Assembly: GCA_044432785.1 (NCBI GenBank)
Contig: JAWXUK010000001.1
Coordinates: 145-64,144 of the forward strand
Direction: 5' to 3'
Length of the DNA: 64,000 nt
From: Eubacteriales bacterium
Lineage (GTDB): Bacteria; Bacillota; Clostridia; Oscillospirales; Oscillospiraceae
Shown here piece after piece: positions 8,388 to 18,073 of the stretch. The number at the start of each line of letters is the position of its first letter. Position 1 is the first letter of the stretch. The notes below the pieces were generated by a model. It had not been told where the DNA came from and did no database searches. It saw only the letters and a list, made by a program, of their open reading frames with translations. The position numbers and the translations under genes are program-made.

Positions 8388-9508
8388 TGGGATTTCTCCT
8401 CACAATTTAGTATCTTCCGATAAAGTTTTTCAAGTTTTTTCTCTGAAAGTTGGACAGGATGGTTGGACAATCGTTCTACATTTACGGTCTGGCACAGTTT
8501 GCAAATATCTTCATTTGTCGCAGTTTCGGAAAAATCGAGCCCCAATTCTAAGCGCAGTTTCTCAAATATTTCGACGCCTTTTTCGTTTGTTTCCACTCCA
8601 AAAATACTTGAAAGTTCACTTAATGTCTCTTTCAAGTAGGGTAAGCCTTGCTCGTGTCTCGTTGTTTCTGCTTGCAATAAATCCTCCCAAACTTCAACCA
8701 AACAAAGAGAAACTGCATGACCATGAGGAAGTGAAAAACGAGAGGTAATCCCGTAACTCATGGCATGAGGGGCTGTTGTTTTGGTGATTTTGATGGCTTT
8801 CCCCATCAAATGCGAGCCATATAGAAGGTTTTTCCGACCTTCTTCACCATTTTCGAGATACTCCTGATAATGATTTAAGATAAGTGGAATCCCCTCTCTC
8901 ACAAGGGATTTACTTTCTTGTGTTGCAGAGATTGACCAAAAAGACTCAATTCCTTGACATAAAGCGTCCATCATGGCTGATTTCTTCTGATATAACGGTA
9001 AACTTTTGAGAAATTCTGGTTCTAATACCACAAAATCTGGTAAAATATCGGGATGCACCAATGACAGTTTCACTTTATTGTGATAGACAACCACGAAATC
9101 TGTGGCTTCGCTCCCTGTTCCTGCCGTGGTAGGGACGCAAATAAGTGGTATTTTTCCGACATAATTGGGGTTCATATCGAATTTTAGAGGTCTTTTCTCT
9201 GCAAAAAAGAGTTTTATACTCTTCCCAACGTCCATCGCAGAGCCACCACCCACAGCTAAAATGCCATCACACTGCTGTTCATGAAAAAATTCAATCCCTA
9301 GTTTCACTTCTTCCGTAGTGGGATTGCTAGAAAATCCGTGGAAATAGTGTGTATGACACTTCAAATTGCTCAAGAAATCCTCAAATTCATCGAATTTACT
9401 GCTTTTACCTGTTACCACTAATAGATTTTTTACCTTGCGTTTTTGCAGAAAATCTTCGATTTTTTCATAGCCTTTTGGGCGATCTATCACGATTTGGGAA
9501 GAAATCAT
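8384..9508 (-). CDS. Iron-containing (group III) alcohol dehydrogenase, probably a phosphonoacetaldehyde reductase
   Basis: Fe-ADH motifs (GGGSAMD, HAMSY, HGHAV). It overlaps the ppd start by 4 nt. The substrate assignment rests on gene context only. Confidence 0.65.
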   Translation of the reverse strand: MISSQIVIDRPKGYEKIEDFLQKRKVKNLLVVTGKSSKFDEFEDFLSNLKCHTHYFHGFSSNPTTEEVKLGIEFFHEQQCDGILAVGGGSAMDVGKSIKLFFAEKRPLKFDMNPNYVGKIPLICVPTTAGTGSEATDFVVVYHNKVKLSLVHPDILPDFVVLEPEFLKSLPLYQKKSAMMDALCQGIESFWSISATQESKSLVREGIPLILNHYQEYLENGEEGRKNLLYGSHLMGKAIKITKTTAPHAMSYGITSRFSLPHGHAVSLCLVEVWEDLLQAETTRHEQGLPYLKETLSELSSIFGVETNEKGVEIFEKLRLELGLDFSETATNEDICKLCQTVNVERLSNHPVQLSEKKLEKLYRKILNCEEKSQ

Positions 9509-9512
9509 ATCA

Positions 9513-11522
9513 TTACTCCTCTGGAATCAAGGTGATAATTTCCTTGATGGACATGCAATAAGCTTGATCTGCTTCTTGTGCTCGATGGTGTGTTAGGATG
9601 GATTCTGCTGTTTTTTGCATGGCTGGGAACCCACTTCGTGTCAATTGGTTGGCATAAATGACGATATTCGCCCCTTTTTCGATGAATTCTTCCTCAGTTA
9701 CTGAATTAAACGAGGATGGAACCACCACAACAGGGGTGACAGAATCTGCGTTTCGGAATTTCTCGATAAACTTGAAAATCTCATCTGGCGATTTTTGACG
9801 AGAATGAATCATAATGCCATCTGCCCCAGCTTTTACAAAAGATTTTGCACGCAAGAGCGCATCATCCATTCCTTTTTCAAGGATTAGACTCTCAATTCTG
9901 GCAATAATCATAAATTCTTTGGTTTTCTGTGCTCTTTTCCCTGCCATGATTTTCGCAGAAAAATTTTCTATACTATCTTGGGTTTGTTCTGCCTCTGTTC
10001 CGAATAGTGAGTTTTTCTTAAGACCGGTTTTGTCCTCAATAATGACGGCAGAGACCCCCATACGCTCTAAAGTCTTGACCGTGTAGACGAAATGCTCCAC
10101 TTGCCCCCCTGTATCACCATCTAAAATGATGGGTTTCGTGGTCACTTCCATAATATCGTCAATTGTACGCATCCTCGAGGAAAAATCCACTAGTTCAATA
10201 TCTGGTTTTCCTTTTGCAGTGGAATCGCACAGGGAAGAGACCCACATCGCATCAAATTGCTTGGTTTTTCCGTCTTGATAGACGGTTGACTGCTCGACAA
10301 TGAGCCCTGTGATGCCACTATGCGCCTCCATAACGGTAATCAGGGGTTTCATTGATAATAATTTTCGCAAACGACCTCTGCGCAGGTCTGGAATGGAAAG
10401 TTGTTGACGTGCCATCTTCTCCATTTCTTGGAAAGTTTTATCATTTTCATAAGGAAATTCAACCAAAGTGCCATCAAAAGTTTGTAAAACTTCGAGCACT
10501 TCTTCACGCACAGGTTTTTGAATACCCTCTTTCCAATCATCCCCATGTACCACAAAATCAGGCTTTAACATCTCGAGAACATTGCGATAACTTAGCTCAT
10601 TTTGTTGCACAACTTCCGAAACTCCAAGAATATTTTCAAACAAAATCTTGCGATTTTCGTATGGCATCAGAGGAAATCGCTTATATTGTGCGATCGCCTC
10701 ATCTGTTAAAAGTCCTACCACCAATCGCCCTAACAAGCTTGCTTTTTGGATGATACTGATATGTCCACTATGAATCATATCCGAGGAAAAACACATATAT
10801 ACCGTTTTATCCTTAGAACATTCCCACTTTTTAACAACATTTTCTAAATCTTCTTGGGTATCTATTTCCAAACATAACTCATTTTTCACGTCAATTCCTC
10901 CTATAGGACAGTCCTGCCACACCTCGTTAAATGCGTTCTCTGCATAGCAATGGACTGTGCCATTTTCACAAAATTCTACTATTTTATTCAGCCAAACCGA
11001 CCATTCTGCTTCTTTTAAATGGTAAAATGGCTGCGCTGTGACCTGATTTTCTCCGAGTTCGATGGAAATTTCCTCCACTCGCCCCTCAATCCATCGTGCT
11101 TTGAAATCTTTTTCTGGCAACTCAGCAGTACTGCTGATCACCACACCACTCTGCTCCTGCTCGAGCACCCTTTTGAGCACGGAAAATTCGAACACCAAAT
11201 CACCATGAAAGAGCAAAATATCCTCTTTTAGTAGGTGTCTCGCCTGATAAATAGAGTAAATGTAGTTGGTTTCAGCGTACTTTTCATTTTTCACAAAGGA
11301 GATTTCCAAAGGTAGCCCCAAAGATGCGCAATATTCCTGTATTTCTTGGTGAAATTTTCCGGTTGTGATCACCACCTCTTTGACACTTGCCAAAGAGAGA
11401 AATTTGAGTTGTTGGCTGAGTATGGTCTCGGTTTCGCTTAATTTCGTGAGACATTTGGGCAAATTCTCGGTTAAACTGCCCATTCTCGTGCCACTTCCTG
11501 AGTTTAAGATCAGTGCTTTCAT
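9513..11522 (-). CDS. aepX: Three-domain fusion (669 aa): LicC-like nucleotidyltransferase, HxGH cytidylyltransferase, and PEP phosphomutase
   Basis: N-terminus LNSGSGTRMG...LPKC; middle domain SSDMIHSGHISIIQKA; C-terminal isocitrate-lyase/PEP-mutase fold carrying the PEP-mutase signature EDKTGLKKNS (EDKX5NS). Confidence 0.85.
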   Translation of the reverse strand: MKALILNSGSGTRMGSLTENLPKCLTKLSETETILSQQLKFLSLASVKEVVITTGKFHQEIQEYCASLGLPLEISFVKNEKYAETNYIYSIYQARHLLKEDILLFHGDLVFEFSVLKRVLEQEQSGVVISSTAELPEKDFKARWIEGRVEEISIELGENQVTAQPFYHLKEAEWSVWLNKIVEFCENGTVHCYAENAFNEVWQDCPIGGIDVKNELCLEIDTQEDLENVVKKWECSKDKTVYMCFSSDMIHSGHISIIQKASLLGRLVVGLLTDEAIAQYKRFPLMPYENRKILFENILGVSEVVQQNELSYRNVLEMLKPDFVVHGDDWKEGIQKPVREEVLEVLQTFDGTLVEFPYENDKTFQEMEKMARQQLSIPDLRRGRLRKLLSMKPLITVMEAHSGITGLIVEQSTVYQDGKTKQFDAMWVSSLCDSTAKGKPDIELVDFSSRMRTIDDIMEVTTKPIILDGDTGGQVEHFVYTVKTLERMGVSAVIIEDKTGLKKNSLFGTEAEQTQDSIENFSAKIMAGKRAQKTKEFMIIARIESLILEKGMDDALLRAKSFVKAGADGIMIHSRQKSPDEIFKFIEKFRNADSVTPVVVVPSSFNSVTEEEFIEKGANIVIYANQLTRSGFPAMQKTAESILTHHRAQEADQAYCMSIKEIITLIPEE

Positions 11523-11619
11523 GCAAATCTCCTTTGGGTTTTGATTGATGGTAATTACTCTATTTTATCAGATAATAACACTTTCGTCAAGGTGATTTCA
11601 AGGGGTTGTGAGCAAAGAT

Positions 11620-11646
11620 AAAAAAAGAGCAGACCGAAGTCTGCCC
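11620..11646 (-). terminator. Intrinsic terminator of the DUF819 gene
   Basis: On the minus strand a GCAGAC-TTCG-GTCTGC hairpin is followed by a T7 run. It lies 14 nt after the stop codon at 11660-11662. Confidence 0.6.
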
Positions 11647-11659
11647 TTCATTTGTGAGA

Positions 11660-12826
11660 TTATGCGAACATTTTCATGATATTTGCGACCAGCAGTCCCC
11701 CACCGGTTCCCACGACATACCCGATCAGCGCCATGAGCACCCCCACGGGGACGAGGGCAGGGCTGTACGAGCCGGCAAGGATGGGAGCAGAAGCGGTTCC
11801 ACCGATATTGGCAAGGCTTGCGACACCACAGGTGAACATATCTAGCTTGAAAATCTTAGCCAAAACAATCATGATTCCTGCGTGGATTGCCAAAATCACG
11901 AAGCCAGCAGCGATCCAAAGAGGTGCGTCGCTGAGCTCTGCGAGGGTGGCACGAGAGGCGAGCAGACCCACCACGGTGTAGAGGAACATGGAGGAAAGTT
12001 CGGAGGCACCAGCGATTTTGCCGATGGGAGTGACGGCGCAACCCAGTCCGAGCACCGTGATCACCACCACAATCCAAGTGGCTTTATCCATAATTCCAAC
12101 CGTGGCTTGGAGGTAAGTTCCGACGTTTTGACAAAGAGCAGAAGCCAGTAGCGCCATGCCGAAGAGAGCGAAAAGGGACTCGAAAGTGATGGGGCTTGCC
12201 TTTTCATCGGCACTTTCTGCCTCTAAACGGGCACAAACTTCGTCCAAAACCGAGGTATCAGCCTTCGACCATTTGTTAAATTGTGGGGCAAAGTTGATGA
12301 CCCAGAGCAGGAACATGACCCAGATAGAGTAGTCGATGGAGTCGATGACCAGAGCGTAAACCATGTCCCCTTCCGAGATATCGAGGGCTGCTTGGATGGC
12401 CATCATGTTACCAGAGCCACCCATCCAACTACCACAGAGAGCTGCAAGTGCCTTCCAAGCGTCAGCCCCGAGCGCCGAGCTAAAGAGTGCATAGGTGATG
12501 ATAAATCCGAGACCGATGGAGAGGCTTGCTGCCAAAAATCCACCAATCATCTTGGGGCCTAGCTTGACGATTTTGCGCACGTCGCACCGAATCATCATCA
12601 AAAAGATCATACCATATAAAATATTGTTGCGTGTATTGCCATAAGCAGCAGAGGTTTCTGCCAAATCCCACAGATTCATGGTACAAAGCACCATGCAGAG
12701 GAGGTACATGAGCACGATGGGAGGGGCAAATTTGAAGAGCTTACTGCCGGTGGTCTTTTCCAGTCCGACAAGTGTGGCAGCCAGAGCCACCAACACTGCA
12801 AAATAAGTAAATCCTGAGGTAATCAT
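11660..12826 (-). CDS. DUF819-family polytopic membrane protein
   Basis: 388 aa and hydrophobic throughout. The family assignment is from memory of the N-terminal pattern. Its 3' 265 bp is duplicated, in degenerate form, at 30886-31113. Confidence 0.7.
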   Translation of the reverse strand: MITSGFTYFAVLVALAATLVGLEKTTGSKLFKFAPPIVLMYLLCMVLCTMNLWDLAETSAAYGNTRNNILYGMIFLMMIRCDVRKIVKLGPKMIGGFLAASLSIGLGFIITYALFSSALGADAWKALAALCGSWMGGSGNMMAIQAALDISEGDMVYALVIDSIDYSIWVMFLLWVINFAPQFNKWSKADTSVLDEVCARLEAESADEKASPITFESLFALFGMALLASALCQNVGTYLQATVGIMDKATWIVVVITVLGLGCAVTPIGKIAGASELSSMFLYTVVGLLASRATLAELSDAPLWIAAGFVILAIHAGIMIVLAKIFKLDMFTCGVASLANIGGTASAPILAGSYSPALVPVGVLMALIGYVVGTGGGLLVANIMKMFA

Positions 12827-12862
12827 AACAATTCTCCTTCTTTATTCAACTTTATTTGTTAT

Positions 12863-13960
12863 TTAGGGCAACATCGTGAGATGGGATTCCGAAATCCCTT
12901 TGATTCCAAACCCAGCCTCGGTGGAAACCGTAATTTCCTTCTCACGGAAGAGAGCTCCCCCTAAAATGGGGTCCTCTTTGCACAAAACAGGGCCGTCGAG
13001 GTCGATTTTCGTGATAATATTCTTGGCACAGGCGAGGTGAACCGCAGCGTTCACCGAAATTTTCGCCTCTAACATGCACCCGATCATACATTCCACTCCG
13101 TAAACCTCGGCAGCAGAAGCAATTTTCAGACCGTTGTAGATCCCACCACACTTCATGAGTTTGATGTTCACCAAATCGGCAGCTCGATTTTGCATGATGG
13201 TGAGGGCATCTTGAGGGGAAAAGACGCTCTCGTCGGCGAGAACAGGGACATAGGAGCGCTCGGTGACGTAGCGCATGCCCTCAATGTCGCTTGCGTGGAC
13301 AGGTTGCTCCACAAATTCGATGTCCAGACCCTTCTCCTGCATTTGATTGAGCAGTCGCACTGCTTCTTTCGGAGACCACGCCTGATTTGCATCGATACGG
13401 AGCAAGCAGTCGGAGCCAATCACCTTGCGAATGGCAGAGAGACGTTCCACATCGAGGGAGGGATCGCTCCCCACTTTGACCTTGAGGCAGTCATACCCAC
13501 GATCTACGGCATCCTTCGCATCACGAGCCATCTCCTCAGGGGGGTTGACGCTGATGGTAATGTCGGTGGTGATTTGGGTTTTGCTCCCTCCTAGCAGCTG
13601 ATAAACCGGTGCTTTGTGAAGCTGACCGAAGAGGTCCCACAGGGCGATATCCATGGCAGCTTTTGCGCTAGAATTGTGCAGCACACATCGTTGCACAGCC
13701 TGCATCAGATCCTCGAAATCTTCCACATTTCGTCCTACAACGGTCTTGATGATGTGATCTTGGAGCGCACCGAGAATGGCTCCGGTGGTATCTCCAGTAA
13801 TCACGCCGGTGGGTGGCGCCTCGCCGTAGCCGATATTTCCGGTATCGGTGTAGACCATAACCACGACGTCCTCGACAGAGCTCACCTCACGCAGAGCTGT
13901 TTTGAAGGGGACCCGTAGTGGAACGGAAATTCTGCCAAGCTTCACTTCGGTAATCTTCAT
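12863..13960 (-). CDS. Dipeptide epimerase (L-Ala-D/L-Glu epimerase family, enolase superfamily)
   Basis: MKITEVKLGRISVPLRVPFKTA N-terminus, LKVKVG, RIDANQAW, FVEQP and ADES metal/acid-base motifs. Confidence 0.85.
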   Translation of the reverse strand: MKITEVKLGRISVPLRVPFKTALREVSSVEDVVVMVYTDTGNIGYGEAPPTGVITGDTTGAILGALQDHIIKTVVGRNVEDFEDLMQAVQRCVLHNSSAKAAMDIALWDLFGQLHKAPVYQLLGGSKTQITTDITISVNPPEEMARDAKDAVDRGYDCLKVKVGSDPSLDVERLSAIRKVIGSDCLLRIDANQAWSPKEAVRLLNQMQEKGLDIEFVEQPVHASDIEGMRYVTERSYVPVLADESVFSPQDALTIMQNRAADLVNIKLMKCGGIYNGLKIASAAEVYGVECMIGCMLEAKISVNAAVHLACAKNIITKIDLDGPVLCKEDPILGGALFREKEITVSTEAGFGIKGISESHLTMLP

Positions 13961-14114
13961 TTTCTCACTCTCCTCTCAAAAATCCAATGGCCCCTCGAAA
14001 GGAGCCATGTGGTATAAAAATATTATAGCATAATTTCCCTGTAGAATCAAGGAGTTCGCACAGTTTAGGCATTATGACGAAAAAGTGAGGAAGTTTCGCA
14101 AGGTGGGCGAAGGG

Positions 14115-14130
14115 TCGGCGAACTCGCCGA
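14115..14130. repeat. 16-bp palindrome TCGGCGAACTCGCCGA, candidate parS, copy 1 of 5
   Basis: Half-sites TCGGCGA / TCGCCGA around a 2-bp centre, in a non-coding region. Confidence 0.45.
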
Positions 14131-14225
14131 GGGGTTGTCCTCGCCTGTGAAATCAGGTTTTTTCTTTGAGAATGTTGAATTCTAGTTGTCGTATCTTGAT
14201 ATTTTCTACTTGACCGTAATTTCTT

Positions 14226-14627
14226 CTATCCTTCGTCCAAAGTGGGTGCAACCTTATTCTTCCCTTTGACCTCATAGAACTTGGCAAAACGATCGCTATC
14301 CACAGGCTTGAGACTGGACGCAGCACTGAGCACCACAGCTGTGATCTTAGCACTCTGGTTTTCATCTAGAAAACTTCTCACTGCTGGCGGGAGACTGCCT
14401 GCCCAAATCGGAAAGACAAGCAGAATTTCCTCATTTTCGATGGGTTTTGGATAACTTATTTGGTGTTTTTCCTTGCGTGCAGAGGAAGCACCTGCTTTCA
14501 AAAAGTGAATGGCACCACTCCAGTCGTGACCATCGTCGATTTTGTGTGGAATTGTTTGACTGCGCTCGGCGAGTTCTGTGGCGATTTTCTGGCTCTCCCC
14601 TGATCGGGTAAAATAATAATACTGCAT
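14226..14627 (-). CDS. Flavodoxin-like protein (133 aa)
   Basis: Short alpha/beta protein with LLVFPIWAGSLPPAVRSFL, typical of flavodoxin-family proteins. This is a weak assignment. Confidence 0.5.
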   Translation of the reverse strand: MQYYYFTRSGESQKIATELAERSQTIPHKIDDGHDWSGAIHFLKAGASSARKEKHQISYPKPIENEEILLVFPIWAGSLPPAVRSFLDENQSAKITAVVLSAASSLKPVDSDRFAKFYEVKGKNKVAPTLDEG

Positions 14628-14664
14628 CTTTTCTCCTTTATATGGTGGTTGATTTTGATAAAGC

Positions 14665-14718
14665 TCGGCGAGTTCGCCGAGCTTATGTCTCTTTGCTTTG
14701 AGTCGGCGAACTCGCCGA
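14665..14718. repeat. Two further copies of the 16-bp palindrome, at 14665-14680 and 14703-14718
   Basis: TCGGCGAGTTCGCCGA, with palindromic flanks AGC..GCT, and TCGGCGAACTCGCCGA. The second ends 1 nt before the parB stop codon. Confidence 0.5.
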
Positions 14719-14719
14719 C

Positions 14720-15745
14720 CTATCCCTCTTCTGGGTGATTTTTCAAATATTCTGCCATAGCTTTCTCCACTAAATTGCGTTTCTCGAAATATTTATGGTA
14801 GAAATCAAGGGCTTGATCCACCACCATAGCCGGATTGTGATGATTTGGCAGCTTTTTGCGTAAAACCTGTTTCATTTTCGCCATATCAGAGACCGTTTTG
14901 TCCTCTTTTGGCGCCTTGTATTGAGAGGAGAAGATGTGCTCGAGCCCCTCTTCATCGAAATTTTGCCCCTTCACTCTACCCTCTCGGAGAGCGAAAACCG
15001 TGGCAACCAACTTGGCTGATGTGAGCTCATTTGCATATTCACCGAGCAGTTTTTGCTCATCGTTCGAGAGTTTGGCTAGCTGTTCCCCACTATTTATGCT
15101 CAAAACTCCACTGTTGATCTGCTCCTTGAGGTCGGGGTGAAGCTGAGAAATCTGGTGGTATCGGAAAATCTGGCGCTTGGAGACCTCGGGAGCATCATCG
15201 GCTTTGAGCAGTCCTTCATCTCGGAGCTCGGCAATGCGCTCTTGGGTTTTGCCCTTTGTCAAGGAGTAGTAATGGCTCCAACCTTGGATCCTGTCTGCGA
15301 TTGTGAGCTCACGGCTGACGATATTCGTCAGAGCGAAGATACATTTTGCCTTCTCATCGTCGCAGTCGGTGATGATTTTAGCCGGAATATCGCTCAAACC
15401 AAGGGCAACCGATGCCTTCCAACGGTGTTCCCCTGCTAAAATCTCATAAAAACTCTCTTTTTCCTTGTGATGACGGACGATGATGGGGTGAAGCACCCCG
15501 AATGTCTCTACCGAAGCCATCAATTCTTGGAATTTTTCATCCTCCCAAGGCGAGAAATCGTACTCCTCTTTCATGGTGAAGACCTCGAGTTTGTTGCAGG
15601 GAAGGCGATAGAACCCCTCTGCTTCACGTCGGCCCCCTGAAATATCGCTCGGATTTTTCGAGGTGGTCAGATTCGAACCGGGCAGATTCATGTTGATTAA
15701 ATATTCCTCACCGGTTCCGTTGAGGTTGAAATTCGATTTTGCCAT
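14720..15745 (-). CDS. parB: ParB-like partition protein (ParB/Srx N-terminal domain)
   Basis: VLHPIIVRH...YEILAGEHRWKAS, a variant of the GERRxRA box. RBS AAGGAG. Located immediately downstream of parA. Confidence 0.8.
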   Translation of the reverse strand: MAKSNFNLNGTGEEYLINMNLPGSNLTTSKNPSDISGGRREAEGFYRLPCNKLEVFTMKEEYDFSPWEDEKFQELMASVETFGVLHPIIVRHHKEKESFYEILAGEHRWKASVALGLSDIPAKIITDCDDEKAKCIFALTNIVSRELTIADRIQGWSHYYSLTKGKTQERIAELRDEGLLKADDAPEVSKRQIFRYHQISQLHPDLKEQINSGVLSINSGEQLAKLSNDEQKLLGEYANELTSAKLVATVFALREGRVKGQNFDEEGLEHIFSSQYKAPKEDKTVSDMAKMKQVLRKKLPNHHNPAMVVDQALDFYHKYFEKRNLVEKAMAEYLKNHPEEG

Positions 15746-15810
15746 ACCTTTTCTCCTTTTCTGGTATTTTTAGTGAAATCTATCATATTTTTTTGATATT
15801 GAGTGGAATT

Positions 15811-16806
15811 TTATTTCCCCTCTGCTAAATTTCCAATTCTTTCCTTGAGTTCGTCCACAAAATCCCGATAATCTTGGGTGGTGTTCCCTGATGGATCGTG
15901 ACGGACAATGTCTAGTTTGGCTTCGACGTATTCGGAGGCTCGCTCGGTGTCTCGAATCCGTGTTTTAAATAAGTAGGAGCCCATTCCCCTCTCCACAACA
16001 GTGGTCAAAATATTGTCGTGTCGCTTACTTTTGACCCGATGTGGAGAATATTTCGTCCGTAATACCCCTGCAATCTCGAGTTTTCGATAGGGATTGAGGT
16101 TTTTGATGGTGAAAATGGTCTCGAAGAGCTCGATAGTGGCTTCGATGGCTGACGCTTCCGGAAAGGTTGGGATCACAACATACTGACAGGCATAGAGTGC
16201 GTTGAGGGTGAGCAGGGTGAGGGTAGGGTTTGTGTCGATCAGGATGAAATCATACTCACGGTCGAGGGTTTTGAGGGCTCTTTCTAAGAGGCGATGATCG
16301 GCATTTTCCTCCCCTAATAGTTCTGAAATGGTGACTTTTCCCTCTTTTGTGAGGAGTTTTCCAATGTTTTTAGAATGTATATGGATGTTTTTTAGCAAAT
16401 CATCCACGTCACCTTGTTCTTGCTCGTGTCCTAACAAAAGGAGCTCAATTTTCGCCCAATTGTCAGCAACAATGGAAAATTCATCATCTTTGATGCACTT
16501 ATTGCCGAGCCAACCATATAATTGGTTGGAGGCACGCACCAAATCACCGATGGCGCTCGGGACAATGGCCTCTTCGAGGGTGCAATCCCCTTTTAGGACG
16601 TCTAAAACGCTGAGACTGGTGCTGTCATTTCGCTTGATTTCCAAGGGCTCGCCGAGATGTCCTGCCACCATATCAAGGTTTCGCTGGGCATCGAGGTCGA
16701 TCATCAGGACCTTGAACCCCTGCTCGGTGAGCACCGAAGCCGTGGCAGCCACCGTCATGGTCTTGCCAACACCGCCTTTTTGGTTCGCAAAGGTGATTAT
16801 GCTCAT
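15811..16806 (-). CDS. parA: ParA/Soj-family partition ATPase (331 aa, with an internal insertion)
   Basis: Deviant Walker A FANQKGGVGKTMT, and Walker B FILIDTNP. The start was moved to ATG 16806, which has RBS AGAGGGA. Confidence 0.9.
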   Translation of the reverse strand: MSIITFANQKGGVGKTMTVAATASVLTEQGFKVLMIDLDAQRNLDMVAGHLGEPLEIKRNDSTSLSVLDVLKGDCTLEEAIVPSAIGDLVRASNQLYGWLGNKCIKDDEFSIVADNWAKIELLLLGHEQEQGDVDDLLKNIHIHSKNIGKLLTKEGKVTISELLGEENADHRLLERALKTLDREYDFILIDTNPTLTLLTLNALYACQYVVIPTFPEASAIEATIELFETIFTIKNLNPYRKLEIAGVLRTKYSPHRVKSKRHDNILTTVVERGMGSYLFKTRIRDTERASEYVEAKLDIVRHDPSGNTTQDYRDFVDELKERIGNLAEGK

Positions 16807-16914
16807 ATTTTTCCCTCTTTTCCTGTTTTTTTCAGTATAACACATCTTATACCATTTTTGCAAGGTTTTTCTTATGGAAGTTCTAACTTTTTCCACTCAG
16901 TTATCATAATTTTC

Positions 16915-16944
16915 TTGACAGTTCCCCCCGTTTTGAGGTATAAT
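16915..16944 (+). promoter_or_regulatory. Sigma-70-type promoter for the 16976 gene
   Basis: -35 TTGACA (16915-16920), an 18-bp spacer, and -10 TATAAT (16939-16944). Confidence 0.5.
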
Positions 16945-16975
16945 AGAGGTGATATTTTAGAAAAGAGGTGGGTTT

Positions 16976-17992
16976 GTGGCTAAAAAAAGCAAGGAAATCG
17001 AAGAACAACAGAGTATTTTCGATCAGGTTTCTCTCGAAAAAACACCCTCCCAACAGCTCCCATCTCAACCCATTCCGGTCAAACCCTCCGAGGTCAAGCG
17101 AAATCTTTCCGAAGAAATGGCACTCAATGACCCTACGAAAATCATGGAAAATCCACCTCTTCCCGACGAAGTGAAGAAGGATGGAACCCATATTTTTAAT
17201 GAAGTGATCAATATTTCGGCAGAAGAGATGTCGGAATCGGTCAATATTGAGCTCGAACCGTTGGGATCCCTCCCAGTTCACCACAAAATGGTGCTCTCCT
17301 ATGAGGGGGAATTTGCCGAAAAATTGGGGAGCTTCGACCGTGAGGTCATCGACGCCATCGCCACCCTCGCCCCACATACTCAGGTGATCTCGTCCACCAC
17401 GATTTACCGAGTCATCACCGGAAAACAAGAGGGTTCCATCAACCTCGAGCACCGAAAAAAAGTGGATCAGTCCATGGAACGCTGTGGAAATTACGTGGTG
17501 TCCATCGATTTGACCAACCAATATCTCGAGGCCAATCCCAGTGAGCTCGGAAATACCAAGTCCATGACCTACAGTGGTCGGCTGATAAGTTTCGAAAAAG
17601 TGGAAAAAAAGGCAAAAAACGGCAGTAATACCTACTATAAAATACTAAGTATCCCACCCATTTTCCGTCTTGCCGAGTCCATCGGAAAGGTGAGCCAATT
17701 TCCGCTCACCCTGCTCGACACCCCCATCAAAAAAACCGATCAAATTATCGCTGTCCAGAGCTTTTTGCTCCGTACCATCGACCAAATGAAGAAGGGGGAA
17801 CTCGATTCTCGCACCATTTCGTGGGAAATCCTGTACGAAATCGCCGAAATCGACCTCACAAAGCGACAATATAAGCAAAGAGTGCGAGAAAATGTCTCCA
17901 CCATTTTGACCGACTGGGTGACCAAGGGATTTATCCTAAGTTTCGACATTCAGACCGCAAAAAAGAACAATATTCTCAGGATTGAGTTCTAA
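16976..17992 (+). CDS. Hypothetical plasmid-backbone protein (338 aa), divergent from parA
   Basis: GTG start with RBS AAGAGGTGG. It has a disordered acidic/proline-rich N-terminus and a globular C-terminal region. I recognise no motif in it. Confidence 0.55.
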   Translation: MAKKSKEIEEQQSIFDQVSLEKTPSQQLPSQPIPVKPSEVKRNLSEEMALNDPTKIMENPPLPDEVKKDGTHIFNEVINISAEEMSESVNIELEPLGSLPVHHKMVLSYEGEFAEKLGSFDREVIDAIATLAPHTQVISSTTIYRVITGKQEGSINLEHRKKVDQSMERCGNYVVSIDLTNQYLEANPSELGNTKSMTYSGRLISFEKVEKKAKNGSNTYYKILSIPPIFRLAESIGKVSQFPLTLLDTPIKKTDQIIAVQSFLLRTIDQMKKGELDSRTISWEILYEIAEIDLTKRQYKQRVRENVSTILTDWVTKGFILSFDIQTAKKNNILRIEF

Positions 17993-18073
17993 CTGTCCTA
18001 AATGGCGGATTCTTTTGCGGGATAATCCTTCTTTTTCACCTATTTCGAGGTAAAAATCGGTGAAAGCTCTAAA

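Noticed and set aside
16904-17521. A 205-aa minus-strand ORF overlapping the 5' half of the 16976-17992 gene
   Set aside because: It lies entirely antisense to an ORF that has a good promoter and RBS. It has no RBS, would start inside the parA-divergent promoter region, and has an odd His/Gly/Phe-rich composition typical of shadow ORFs.
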